Origin: Candidatus Woesearchaeota archaeon
Lineage (GTDB): Archaea > Nanobdellota > Nanobdellia > Woesearchaeales > GW2011-AR4
NCBI GenBank assembly: GCA_002686855.1
Contig: NYYQ01000007.1
Coordinates: 1 to 46,088, forward strand
DNA length: 46,088 nucleotides
Reading direction: 5' to 3'
In this document: piece after piece, positions 10,191-19,635 of the stretch
How positions within the stretch are numbered: the first letter of the stretch is position 1
How the letters are laid out: every line of letters begins with the position of its first letter
The notes under the pieces: generated by a model
Told to the model about the DNA's origin: nothing
Databases searched by the model: none
What the model saw: the letters and a program-made list of their open reading frames with translations, nothing else
Made by a program: the position numbers and the translations under genes

Positions 10191-10373
10191 TTATCTTATT
10201 TTTTTCCTTGTTTTCCTTATAAGATTATTTTTCTTAAATAATTGGATTGTATTATGGACTTTAGCAGGAGAAATATCTAAATTGCCAGCAATATCCCTTA
10301 TATGCAAACTTTCCTTTGACAATAATTTCAATATTTCGATGTTTTTCTTGGTAAATATCTCTATTAACTCCAT
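10191..10373 (-). CDS. wHTH domain, 1 nt out of frame with purB
   Basis: LHIRDIAGNLDISPAKVHNTIQLF HTH; the shifted frame reads open into the purB ATG. Confidence 0.7.
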   Translation of the reverse strand: MELIEIFTKKNIEILKLLSKESLHIRDIAGNLDISPAKVHNTIQLFKKNNLIRKTRKKIR

Positions 10374-10451
10374 ACTATATAGAAAACGTTCATTATTTAT
10401 AAACTTTTCTATACTTTAAACTATATATTGTTTGTTTTTAGAGAACACTAT

Positions 10452-11189
10452 TCAGACCTTAACCCTCATACAATCTTTAGCCAGAACAATCTTTCCATCA
10501 AATTCTTTGCTGCATTGTTTTTTTATATCAACCTTGTCGCATTCAGGATAGAAGTGTGTTAAAACAAGTTTCTTTACATTTGCCTTAGTCGCTATCTTGC
10601 CGCATAAAGACGGTATAAGATGGCCTTTTACCTTTTTATTATCAGGGTAGGAGCATTCCAGAACCAATAAATCAGCATTTTTCGATAATTGTATGATATC
10701 ATTAGAATAATCAGTATCTCCAGAATAAACAATTGATTTACCATCATACTCAATCCTGTATGAAACACCAATGATAGAATGCTTTACTTTTTTTGTTTTT
10801 ATTAAAATTTTATCAATTTTTGATATTGAATTATCATTCATTTCCCCAACATTAACATCGTAATTTAATTTTCCAATAGTAGCTTTTCTTATAAAATTAA
10901 AATATTTCTTAATACCTTTTGGCCCGTAAATATTTAATGGGCCTTTATATTTATTACAATGGTCTATGATAAGTATTCCTAGTAAATCATTTATATGATC
11001 TGGATGAAGATGAGTGTAAAATATATGATTAATATCCATAATCTTTGATTTTGTTTTTAAAATTTGTCTAATAATTCCAGGACCAGAATCAAAAAGTATT
11101 TTTTTATTGCCTGTTTCAACTAAATAACCAGACATATTCCTGTTTAATCTTGGCACTGCTGTCCCAGAGCCTAAAACAGTTAGTTTCAT
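10452..11189 (-). CDS. MBL-fold hydrolase, RNase Z-like
   Basis: LGSGT, THLHPDH, YSGDT and LTHFY motifs. Confidence 0.85.
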   Translation of the reverse strand: MKLTVLGSGTAVPRLNRNMSGYLVETGNKKILFDSGPGIIRQILKTKSKIMDINHIFYTHLHPDHINDLLGILIIDHCNKYKGPLNIYGPKGIKKYFNFIRKATIGKLNYDVNVGEMNDNSISKIDKILIKTKKVKHSIIGVSYRIEYDGKSIVYSGDTDYSNDIIQLSKNADLLVLECSYPDNKKVKGHLIPSLCGKIATKANVKKLVLTHFYPECDKVDIKKQCSKEFDGKIVLAKDCMRVKV

Positions 11190-11935
11190 TTTATTATTTT
11201 TAATAATTGATTATGGATCTTCCCATTACTGGCAACAAACTTCCTGTTGTCAGGATTCCATCTCTCCCCATCATGGCCAGTTACTTTTCCGCCAGCTTCT
11301 TCAACAATGAGCGCGCCAGCAGCTACATCCCAAGGACATGTATACGGCACTATATATGCATCTACAATACCGTTTGCAACCATTGTATAGCCACTAACAG
11401 CGCATCCTAAAAGCCGAATATCATATACCTTGCCTAATAATTTATCAAAAATTATCTTCCCATAAGGAGTATGGCGATAAACCAAATCAGTCAGCGCAAA
11501 CGATCTTTTTACATCTTTTTTGTTTGAAACCTTTAATCTTTTTCCATTCAACAAAGCGCCTTTTCCTTTCTCAGCAACATAGAATTCATTGAAGCAAGGC
11601 AAGTCAATGACTCCCAATTTCATCTCTCCTTTATATGCCAAACCAATAGAAACACCAAAATGGGGAAAATTATTGATGTAATTATGTGTCCCATCCAAAG
11701 GGTCTATATACCATATATAATCAGATTTCTTGCCTAAATTTCCGCTTTCCTCAGAAATAATATTATGCTTTGGAAACTTTTTCTTTATTAAAGAAATAAT
11801 GACTTTTTCGCTCTCTAAATCAACATTTGTAAAATAGCTTGTTTTGTTCTTTTCCCTGACAAACTTTATTTTGCCGTAATGTTTCATCAGAACTTTTCCT
11901 GCATCTTTTGCGGCTTTAATCATTAAAGATTTCAT
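11186..11935 (-). CDS. suhB: Inositol monophosphatase family protein
   Basis: SEES, IDPLDGTHNY and PWDVAAGALIVEEAGG motifs. Confidence 0.9.
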   Translation of the reverse strand: MKSLMIKAAKDAGKVLMKHYGKIKFVREKNKTSYFTNVDLESEKVIISLIKKKFPKHNIISEESGNLGKKSDYIWYIDPLDGTHNYINNFPHFGVSIGLAYKGEMKLGVIDLPCFNEFYVAEKGKGALLNGKRLKVSNKKDVKRSFALTDLVYRHTPYGKIIFDKLLGKVYDIRLLGCAVSGYTMVANGIVDAYIVPYTCPWDVAAGALIVEEAGGKVTGHDGERWNPDNRKFVASNGKIHNQLLKIIK

Positions 11936-11987
11936 AGAATTCCTAATATTGTTATTGTTTTAATATCTTGTGTTTTTAAAACCTGTA

Positions 11988-12317
11988 TTAATTTTTTATT
12001 CTTTTCAAAATTTCTTTAATTTTTTCAATTGTTTTTTGTTGATTATGTTTTTTAGACATTTCTATAAATTTAATAAGCAATTCTTCCAGCTTATTCTTAT
12101 TAAAAAGATTTAATTTATGCCCATCAAGAATGAAATAAAACCTAAAGCTTTTATATTTTAATTCCCTGATGCTGATATTGCCAACATGACCTAAAACTTT
12201 CCCTTTATTAGGATTTTCTTTTAATTCTTCAATCAAATTATAGACTTTCAGAGAATCTTTTTTAAAAGTTTTAAATATTTCATATCTCAAATCATTGAGA
12301 ATTTCTATTTTTATCAT
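11988..12317 (-). CDS. RelE/ParE-like toxin
   Basis: LKENPNKGK...IRELKYKSFRFYF; overlaps a small upstream ORF. Confidence 0.6.
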   Translation of the reverse strand: MIKIEILNDLRYEIFKTFKKDSLKVYNLIEELKENPNKGKVLGHVGNISIRELKYKSFRFYFILDGHKLNLFNKNKLEELLIKFIEMSKKHNQQKTIEKIKEILKRIKN

Positions 12318-12526
12318 TGGTTCATAGATTTAATTTTAAGTTTAGTCCATTCTTTAGCTTCTTCTAGTGTAGAATATCCAGACTCATCAACAAATTCACT
12401 TATTTTTTCCTGCATTTTTATTTGATTGTACATTCTCTTAACTATATCATCATAATTTTCTGATTTTTTGCCAAAATCTTGCAATAAAGCTCTAGTTTCC
12501 TTCGATATTGAAATTGTTGTGTTCAT
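12314..12526 (-). CDS. RHH-like antitoxin
   Basis: MNTTISISKETRALLQDFGKKSENYDDIVKRM; coupled to the toxin ORF. Confidence 0.65.
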   Translation of the reverse strand: MNTTISISKETRALLQDFGKKSENYDDIVKRMYNQIKMQEKISEFVDESGYSTLEEAKEWTKLKIKSMNQ

Positions 12527-12614
12527 ATAATCACCTATAATGGTTATATTTTATTATAATTAAATATAATATTTAAATGTTTCGATTTAAAAGGTTTAAT
12601 TAGCACTCAATTAA

Positions 12615-13586
12615 TTAAGAAATTAGTCCTTTACCCTTAAGATTATTTTCAATTCTTTCAGAAACATCCCCCACTTCTGCCTTGAATTCCTGACCGGTTA
12701 TCATTTCATAAAGCTGTATGTATCTTTTGCTTAGTTCCACAACCAGTTCTTCAGGCGCATCAGGAAGCACTTTATCTTTGTAAGGATCACAATTTTCCTT
12801 AAACCACAATCTTAGAAATTCTTTATCAATATTTTCAGGTTCTTCTCCCTTGGCAAATTTTTCTTCATGACTTTTCTTGATCCAAAATCTGGAGCTATCC
12901 GGAGTGTGTATCTCGTCTATAAGGTATATTTCTCCATTCTCATCATAGCCAAACTCATACTTTGTATCAACAAGAATTAAGCCATTTTTTGCTGCAATTT
13001 CTTCTCCTCTTTGAAATAGCTCCAATGCTTTTTCTGCCACAAAATCCCATTGCTCCTGAGTCATCCTCCCAGATTTTACAATCTCATCAGGACTTATCTT
13101 TTCATCATGCTCATCATCTTTTGTAGTTGGAGTTAGAATAGGCTCCTCAAATTTTTGGTTTTTCTTTAAGCCTTCAGGCAAGGTTATTCCGCAGAAATCT
13201 CTCTCCCCCTTTTCGTACGCAGTCCAGGCACTGGTGCTGGTTACTCCTGTTATATATCCTCTGACTACTACTTCAACAGGAAATACATTAAGTTTTTTGC
13301 ACTCAACAGTATTTGGGTCAGGAGAAGAAATTACATGATTTTTGACTATGTCTTTAGTATTTTCAAACCAGAATAAGCTTGTTTGTGTAAGAACCTGGCC
13401 TTTGAATGGAATGTTTGCTAAGTTCCTGTCAAATGCGCTTTGCCTGTCTGTTGCAATCAGAAATAGTTTATCATTCTTAACATATACATCCCTTACCTTG
13501 CCCTTTATTTTATTACCCAATCCTTGGATATCTGTCCCTTTAATTGCAAACTTTATTTGTTTTTTAATCTCTTCATCAGATACCAT
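12615..13586 (-). CDS. purC: SAICAR synthetase PurC
   Basis: GKVRDVY, TDRQSAFD, LVDTKYEFG and DEIHTPDSSRFW motifs. Confidence 0.95.
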   Translation of the reverse strand: MVSDEEIKKQIKFAIKGTDIQGLGNKIKGKVRDVYVKNDKLFLIATDRQSAFDRNLANIPFKGQVLTQTSLFWFENTKDIVKNHVISSPDPNTVECKKLNVFPVEVVVRGYITGVTSTSAWTAYEKGERDFCGITLPEGLKKNQKFEEPILTPTTKDDEHDEKISPDEIVKSGRMTQEQWDFVAEKALELFQRGEEIAAKNGLILVDTKYEFGYDENGEIYLIDEIHTPDSSRFWIKKSHEEKFAKGEEPENIDKEFLRLWFKENCDPYKDKVLPDAPEELVVELSKRYIQLYEMITGQEFKAEVGDVSERIENNLKGKGLIS

Positions 13587-13619
13587 TTTTATCGCGCTTT
13601 TTATTTTTTTAATTCGCTA

Positions 13620-13680
13620 GAAAATCCTTTGGATTTCCTGTGTCCCGAAAATCTTTGATTTTCAAGGATATTGGATTTTT
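13620..13680. repeat. Intergenic palindromic (REP-like) element
   Basis: GAAAATC-TTT-GATTTTC hairpin plus a related GAAAATCC-TTT-GGATTTCC hairpin. Confidence 0.55.
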
Positions 13681-13691
13681 CTTATTGTTAA

Positions 13692-14459
13692 CTATTTATT
13701 GTTTTTAATTATCTTATCCCTTTGCTCCCTCCTATAACTAACTAATTTCCCCTCATAACTATTATCAATATTCAATATCTCTATAGCAGCCAGAGCAGCA
13801 TTTACGCCATTATTCAAGCCAACCCATAAACCATGGTCAGAATGCTTTAATAAATTAAGGGATGCTTCTGCCCTGTCATCCTTATCAGGCAATAAAGGAC
13901 AATAAATAACCAGCTGTTTTTTCTTTTCTATAGGCTCATCAAATTTGGTAAAAAATATGTTCACACCATCATCAACAATTTGCTCAGCATGCGAATGATT
14001 TACCTTAAATTGTCTTAAGATTTCTTCTGCTTTCTTGAATGCCTTATTGTTTTTATCCCCTACTAAAACTACCTTTTCATGTTTTTTAAGCATATTAATT
14101 GCAGAATAAGCTGCTGCATCTCCTTTCTCAACTCCAACTCCTAAAACAGGAACACCAGGAGGCATCTGCATTATTGTAAGCAGAGCATCTAAGCCTTGGT
14201 AATTTCCAGAGCAGGGAACACCTATTACAGGCCTTAATGTTTTCGATGCGACAACTCCAGGCAAAGCTGCTGCAAGACCTGCACCAGATATAATAACTTT
14301 ATAATCCTGCCTTAAGATATCATCAACATCCTCTGGGCTTTTATGAGCACTGGATAACTTAAAATCATAGCTTACCTTTTCCTTGTCTAAAATCTTAAGA
14401 ATATTCTTATAGCTTTTTTCATCAGATTTTGAAGCAAACAAAACTAAAATATCTTTCAT
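13692..14459 (-). CDS. purE: AIR carboxylase PurE with a degenerate second PurE-like half
   Basis: SAHK, GAGLAAALPG, PVIGVP, QMPPGVPV motifs; C-terminal half repeats PurE-like ends. Confidence 0.88.
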   Translation of the reverse strand: MKDILVLFASKSDEKSYKNILKILDKEKVSYDFKLSSAHKSPEDVDDILRQDYKVIISGAGLAAALPGVVASKTLRPVIGVPCSGNYQGLDALLTIMQMPPGVPVLGVGVEKGDAAAYSAINMLKKHEKVVLVGDKNNKAFKKAEEILRQFKVNHSHAEQIVDDGVNIFFTKFDEPIEKKKQLVIYCPLLPDKDDRAEASLNLLKHSDHGLWVGLNNGVNAALAAIEILNIDNSYEGKLVSYRREQRDKIIKNNK

Positions 14460-14469
14460 AAAAACCAAC

Positions 14470-14925
14470 CTACAATATCTTATATCTTTGATAATTTTCA
14501 TTCATTAATAAGTCTTTTGCAATATTAATTGCTCTGCCTTCCTTATCAATCTCAGAATCAAAATACATTGTCCATATGATTCCCTTTTCCAATTTTTTAA
14601 TATTTTTAAAATTCAATCTTTCTTTCAACATGTTCAACAACTCATTATCCTTTTCCAAATTTTCTATTAAAATATTTATTTTATTTCCTTGTTCATTGTT
14701 CTCTAATAAAAATGAAAATTTATTTTTATTGGCATTAACCAGGACATCCACTTTACCTATTTTCTTCTCAAAGCTTTTTTTATCCCCTGAAAATCCAAAT
14801 TTATAGTAATCTTGCTTTTCCAGATTCTTTAGATGATGATAGCCCATCCTATGCAGTGTATGAAATGCTGTTATAGCTACATTATCCGGAACTTTCAAAC
14901 TGACAAATAATTCTGTTATTGGCAT
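14470..14925 (-). CDS. purS: PurS-like protein (two tandem PurS folds)
   Basis: Follows purQ; two ~75-aa halves ending LVNAN and LLMNEN, resembling the PurS LLxNP end. Confidence 0.65.
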   Translation of the reverse strand: MPITELFVSLKVPDNVAITAFHTLHRMGYHHLKNLEKQDYYKFGFSGDKKSFEKKIGKVDVLVNANKNKFSFLLENNEQGNKINILIENLEKDNELLNMLKERLNFKNIKKLEKGIIWTMYFDSEIDKEGRAINIAKDLLMNENYQRYKIL

Positions 14926-15134
14926 TTTGATTTATCTTTTAATTATTTTTTTGGCATTTTTTATTTATTGATTTATCATTAAAATTTAGATTATTATCCA
15001 TTGTTTTTATTATTGGAAAATATTTATTGTTGTTTTCTTTTTTATTGATTATTTTTTATTTAATGATCTATTATCATAATTTTTAACTGGATTATTTTTA
15101 TTGATAAATTTTATTATTGGAACTTTTTTATTGC

Positions 15135-15908
15135 CTATTTATTTTTAATAATATATCTTTTCATAGACTCAAAAATCCTGATATTATTTGTTTTTTGATC
15201 TGTTTTTTTGCTTCCAGGAATTTGCCTTTTCCAGATAGCACGTTCAGGATGTGGCATCATAGCCATAATATTCCCTTCTTTACTGCAAATAGCAGCTATA
15301 TTCAGCATAGAGCCATTTGGGTTTGTTGGAAACTTATCCTCAATTTTCCCTTCTTCATTGCAATACTGAAAAATAATTTGTTTATTTTTTATTAATTGCT
15401 TAACTAAAGCTTTATCCTTTGTTACAAATCTTCCCTCTCCATGCGCAATTGGCAATTTTAAAACTTCATTTTTATCTAAATCAGTAAAAGCAGCTCTTTT
15501 TTTATTCTGAATACTTTTAATATTGACCCAAACATTATAATAACCGGAAACAAAAGGATTTTTATTAGGAGCCAAAGCAAACTCAACCTTATCCTTTAAG
15601 CCAGGAACCATCCCCGTTTCCACTAAAACTTGGGCGCCATTGCATATTCCCAAAACTGGCTTTCCTTTTCTTGATTCTTCTTTAATTATATTCATGACAG
15701 GATCTTTTGCTGCTATAACTCCTGCCCTTATCCTGTCCTCATAAGCCCATCCACCCGGAATTACATAGCCATCAAAATCCGATAAATATTCTTTAGTATT
15801 CCACCTAAGGATTTTGCCATCCATTCCAGCAGCTTTTACAGCTTCTAAAGTTTCCACTTCGCAATTATTCCCGGGAAAGTATATGACTGCTATATTTGGT
15901 TTTGTCAT
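15135..15908 (-). CDS. purQ: FGAM synthase glutaminase subunit PurQ
   Basis: FPGNNC, GICNGAQ, IAHGEG and MMPHPER motifs. Confidence 0.95.
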   Translation of the reverse strand: MTKPNIAVIYFPGNNCEVETLEAVKAAGMDGKILRWNTKEYLSDFDGYVIPGGWAYEDRIRAGVIAAKDPVMNIIKEESRKGKPVLGICNGAQVLVETGMVPGLKDKVEFALAPNKNPFVSGYYNVWVNIKSIQNKKRAAFTDLDKNEVLKLPIAHGEGRFVTKDKALVKQLIKNKQIIFQYCNEEGKIEDKFPTNPNGSMLNIAAICSKEGNIMAMMPHPERAIWKRQIPGSKKTDQKTNNIRIFESMKRYIIKNK

Positions 15909-15909
15909 T

Positions 15910-16737
15910 TTATACAGCCTCTAGCACTGGAATTACATGTGTAAGATCAGCAGAGTCTTCTTTTTTATCAATAAAAAACACTTTTCCTGTAATCTTTTCC
16001 TCTTCTAATTTCTTTTTTAAGTATACTTCTAATGCTTCATTGTAATTAAACGCTATTCCTATACCTCCTGCTTTTGCAACTCCAAGTATTCCTCCACTAT
16101 CCCCCATTGTGTCTCCAATATGGATCAATTGATTAGATTTTAATTCTGGAAAATGTTTTTTAGCATATGCTTGAAGTAAACTTGCTTTAGCTTCTTCATC
16201 AGGAATTCCCAAATCAATTACGCCTGTTGCTTGTATTTCATCATAAGATCTATCATCCACTGCTTCTGAATCAAAAAAATATGATTTGGCTTTTTTTTCT
16301 AACTCTTCCTCACTTATTGTTGCGTTAGGTTCACCATGATTTCCAAATCTTAATATATTTCCAATGAACCCACTTATTTTATTATTTCCTACTTGTTCTC
16401 TGATAGCATAAAAGGTAACAGAATAGCCAGTGCTATTGATTATTAATGGGAACTTATTGTCGTATAAGAAATCTATTAGCTTATTAAATCCTCTTAAATA
16501 TTTCATATGAGTTTTTGTGTACTCTATTGCTTGACGCAAAGTTAATCCTCTTGTTAAAGGACCAGAAACCTGGAAAGCTTTTTCCATAGTCGCAGTTCCG
16601 CTCGTTTGTTTTTCAAAAATAGCTTTAGCTTCCTTAAATGCATCTTCACCTTTATATATTCTAATCATATCACTCATTGTATGTTGATGCACTAATGTTC
16701 CATTCAAATCTGCTGATATTAATCTTGTTTCATACAT
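15910..16737 (-). CDS. HAD-superfamily hydrolase
   Basis: DLNGT motif I, NSTG motif II, GDTMGD motif IV. Confidence 0.75.
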   Translation of the reverse strand: MYETRLISADLNGTLVHQHTMSDMIRIYKGEDAFKEAKAIFEKQTSGTATMEKAFQVSGPLTRGLTLRQAIEYTKTHMKYLRGFNKLIDFLYDNKFPLIINSTGYSVTFYAIREQVGNNKISGFIGNILRFGNHGEPNATISEEELEKKAKSYFFDSEAVDDRSYDEIQATGVIDLGIPDEEAKASLLQAYAKKHFPELKSNQLIHIGDTMGDSGGILGVAKAGGIGIAFNYNEALEVYLKKKLEEEKITGKVFFIDKKEDSADLTHVIPVLEAV

Positions 16738-19077
16738 TTAACTCAAAACCTCCGCAAAACCACTTGTCCAAGGCCTTTTTATTTCATTTATTTTCAAATC
16801 AATTATTTTATCATCATTTTTTTTAATTGTTAATGTTTTTTTATTGGTTGTTTTTCCCAATTGAATCATTTCAATATTATGTTTTTTGAAAATATTCTTT
16901 ACTTTATTCACATTCTTATTTTCAACTTCAAAAACAAAACCAGAGCTTTCTGAAAACAAAGCCTTGTCATTCCTTAAATTGCTAAAACCAATATCAATCT
17001 CAACTCCAATAGTGCCATCAGCATTTCCCCCTAAAATCATCTCAGAAACTGTTGCAACTAAACCACCATCGCTTATATCATGGCAGCTTAATAACAAGCC
17101 TTTATCAACAGAATCAATAACAGCATAAATCATATTTTTTTCTTTTTGAAAATCAATTTTTGGGACATTTTTTCCAACCTGTTTATTAATATCATAATAA
17201 ACACTTCCACCTAATTCGTCTTTTCTTTCTCCAACCAAGAATAAAGCGCTGTTTTCTTTTTTTAGCTTCATTGTTATAGCTTTGGAATAATCATCCATAA
17301 CTCCAACACAAGCTATTATCGGGCTTGGATCAATTGCCTTTCCCTTATTACTCTCATTATAAAAACTAACATTTCCTGAGACAATAGGAACTGGATTTTT
17401 TGTTTTGTAATAGTTAATTTTGCTGGCAGCATCTTTGATTCCCCTAACTGCTTCTTTAAAGTCATAGAACTCCTCTGGTTTTTCAGGATTTCCAAAGCAT
17501 AAGCAATCAGTTAAAGCAGAAGGTATAGCGCCAATAGCTGCTATATTACGCATAGATTCTGCAACAGCATTTACAGCTCCTAAGTAAGGGTCAATCCTCC
17601 CATATTTTGGATTGTTATCAACAGCTAAAGCAATTCCATACTTGCCTTTTGCTTTAATTAATCCAGCATCTGCTTGTCCAGGCTCTATAATGCCAGTGCC
17701 CATAACATTTTTATCATAATGATTAAAGCACTTTGCTTTTGAAGCAACAGCAGGGTTTGAAAGAACTTTCAACAAAACATCATTGTAATCTTTTTTTTCT
17801 TTTATAATTGGCTCCTTAAAATTCCTTTTTGGTTTTTTAGCTGCCCTGTCATAACTTATTCCAGAAGTTACAGCTTTAATTGGAGCATTACAAACAACCT
17901 GGCCTTTGTGCTTAACAACATAATTTTTTTCATCTGTCACTTGCCCAATTACAACGGCTCTTGCATTCTTTGCAATATTAGATAATTCAAAATCCTTATT
18001 GTATATTTTCAATATAGTTGGAGTAAATTCCTTTGGACTTATCCAGGTAAATCTTTCTTGTGTCTCAGAACATGCTATGATATATGACGGTAAATCTTTC
18101 ATAGAAACATGCACATTATCCAAATCAAGCTCGCAACCATAATCTGCCGCACTACACAACTCAGAACTAGCGCACATTATGCCACCAGCTCCCATATCCT
18201 TAAATCCTAACCCCACATTTTGTTTTTTAGCCTCATTAAAAACCTCATAAGTTGCTCTAATTAAAACATTTTTTAAAAAAGGATCTGGCACTTGCACTGC
18301 ACCTCTGTTGCTTTCTTCTGCTTCTTCATCTAAAATTAAGGATGCGAAAGCAGCCCCTCCAAAACCAGAATTATCTGTAGGTTTTCCGACAATTATGATG
18401 TCATAGCCATCAGCATTCTTTGGAGCATAACTATGGATAATATCTTTCTCTTTCAAAATACCTAAACAAACAACATTTACCAGACAATTATCATCAAAGC
18501 TTTCATTAAAATAAACATCTCCAGCTAGATTTGGTATACCGACAGCATTTCCATAGCCTGCTATGCCATCAATAACCTCATTTGCAATATACTTTACCTT
18601 GTTTTTATTCTTTCCATCAGGATTTCCAAATCTTAATGGGTCTGCAGTACCAATAATCTTCGCTCCCATGCACAGAACATCTCTAAGAATTCCTCCAATG
18701 CCGGTAGCAGCCCCTTCATACGGCACAACCTGGCTAGGGTGGTTATGGCTTTCGTGGCTCATAACTATACCGTACTTTTCTCCATCTATTGTTCCTAACT
18801 CAACAACACCAGAATCTTCTATTGGCCCTAAAATAACATTGGGTGCTTTAGTTGGCAAAGTTTTAAGCACTTTTCTAGAGCTTTTATATGAACTATGCTC
18901 TGACCATTGTATGTTAAAAATATTCAGCTCTGTTAAGGTTGGATTTCTGCCGATTAACTTTACTATCTTTTTTGCCTCATTTGTTTTCAGAGAAATAGCA
19001 TTTTTCTTCAGAAAATCCTGCAGCATTCTATTTGACATGCCTTTTACATCAACCAGCTCTGTATCAACCATCCCCAT
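16738..19077 (-). CDS. purL: FGAM synthase subunit PurL
   Basis: WSEHSSYK, ESHNHPS, DMGAGG, SGNVSFYN and HDISDGG motifs. Confidence 0.96.
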   Translation of the reverse strand: MGMVDTELVDVKGMSNRMLQDFLKKNAISLKTNEAKKIVKLIGRNPTLTELNIFNIQWSEHSSYKSSRKVLKTLPTKAPNVILGPIEDSGVVELGTIDGEKYGIVMSHESHNHPSQVVPYEGAATGIGGILRDVLCMGAKIIGTADPLRFGNPDGKNKNKVKYIANEVIDGIAGYGNAVGIPNLAGDVYFNESFDDNCLVNVVCLGILKEKDIIHSYAPKNADGYDIIIVGKPTDNSGFGGAAFASLILDEEAEESNRGAVQVPDPFLKNVLIRATYEVFNEAKKQNVGLGFKDMGAGGIMCASSELCSAADYGCELDLDNVHVSMKDLPSYIIACSETQERFTWISPKEFTPTILKIYNKDFELSNIAKNARAVVIGQVTDEKNYVVKHKGQVVCNAPIKAVTSGISYDRAAKKPKRNFKEPIIKEKKDYNDVLLKVLSNPAVASKAKCFNHYDKNVMGTGIIEPGQADAGLIKAKGKYGIALAVDNNPKYGRIDPYLGAVNAVAESMRNIAAIGAIPSALTDCLCFGNPEKPEEFYDFKEAVRGIKDAASKINYYKTKNPVPIVSGNVSFYNESNKGKAIDPSPIIACVGVMDDYSKAITMKLKKENSALFLVGERKDELGGSVYYDINKQVGKNVPKIDFQKEKNMIYAVIDSVDKGLLLSCHDISDGGLVATVSEMILGGNADGTIGVEIDIGFSNLRNDKALFSESSGFVFEVENKNVNKVKNIFKKHNIEMIQLGKTTNKKTLTIKKNDDKIIDLKINEIKRPWTSGFAEVLS

Positions 19078-19131
19078 TTTCCTACACTATAATTGAATTT
19101 GAGGGTAGTTTATATATATTTTGGTAAGAAT

Positions 19132-19518
19132 TTATCCCAAAAAAGAACTCAAATAATAAGCACCCAAAGCAGCAACCACTCCCAAAATAACACCTTTAAC
19201 AATAACTTCTTTCTTTTCCTTTATGTAAATTGCAGCTACAAGCATAAAAACAAAAAGCAAAACTGCGAATAAAGTAAATAAATTGTCTTTATAGAATAAG
19301 CTTGTAAATGCAACTAAAGGGACTGCTCGTGCAATATGATGGTTTGCATTCTTAATTATAAAGGATAGAATTATTAAAATTGAAATTGCTATTAATAATT
19401 GATAAACAAAAGGCATGTATTCTCCAATAATAGCCCTTATTATAACAATAAAATAGAAAAGAATAGAGCCAAAAGCTAAAGAATCTCTTGCTATCTCCTT
19501 TTTCCAGTTCTTGTTCAT
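19132..19518 (-). CDS. Small multi-pass membrane protein
   Basis: Four to five hydrophobic segments. Confidence 0.65.
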   Translation of the reverse strand: MNKNWKKEIARDSLAFGSILFYFIVIIRAIIGEYMPFVYQLLIAISILIILSFIIKNANHHIARAVPLVAFTSLFYKDNLFTLFAVLLFVFMLVAAIYIKEKKEVIVKGVILGVVAALGAYYLSSFLG

Positions 19519-19569
19519 ATTTTTTTCTTATTTAGCTACTTATTTTAACTTTTTGGTTTTAAATTAATT

Positions 19570-19607
19570 ACTACTTAAAAAATGTAACAAGTAGCAAGGT
19601 TTATAAG
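19570..19607 (+). promoter_or_regulatory. ACTAC-N16-GTAG motif plus BRE/TATA promoter
   Basis: Same spacing at 21341 (+) and 32167 (-). Confidence 0.5.
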
Positions 19608-19635
19608 TTTAATATATATACCTAATATGATTTAA

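Noticed and set aside
10180..10225. BHB intron as the cause of the wHTH-purB or folC frameshifts
   Set aside because: The only BHB-like fold I found (CTTA/TAAG) would remove 25 nt and does not restore the frame; none found in folC
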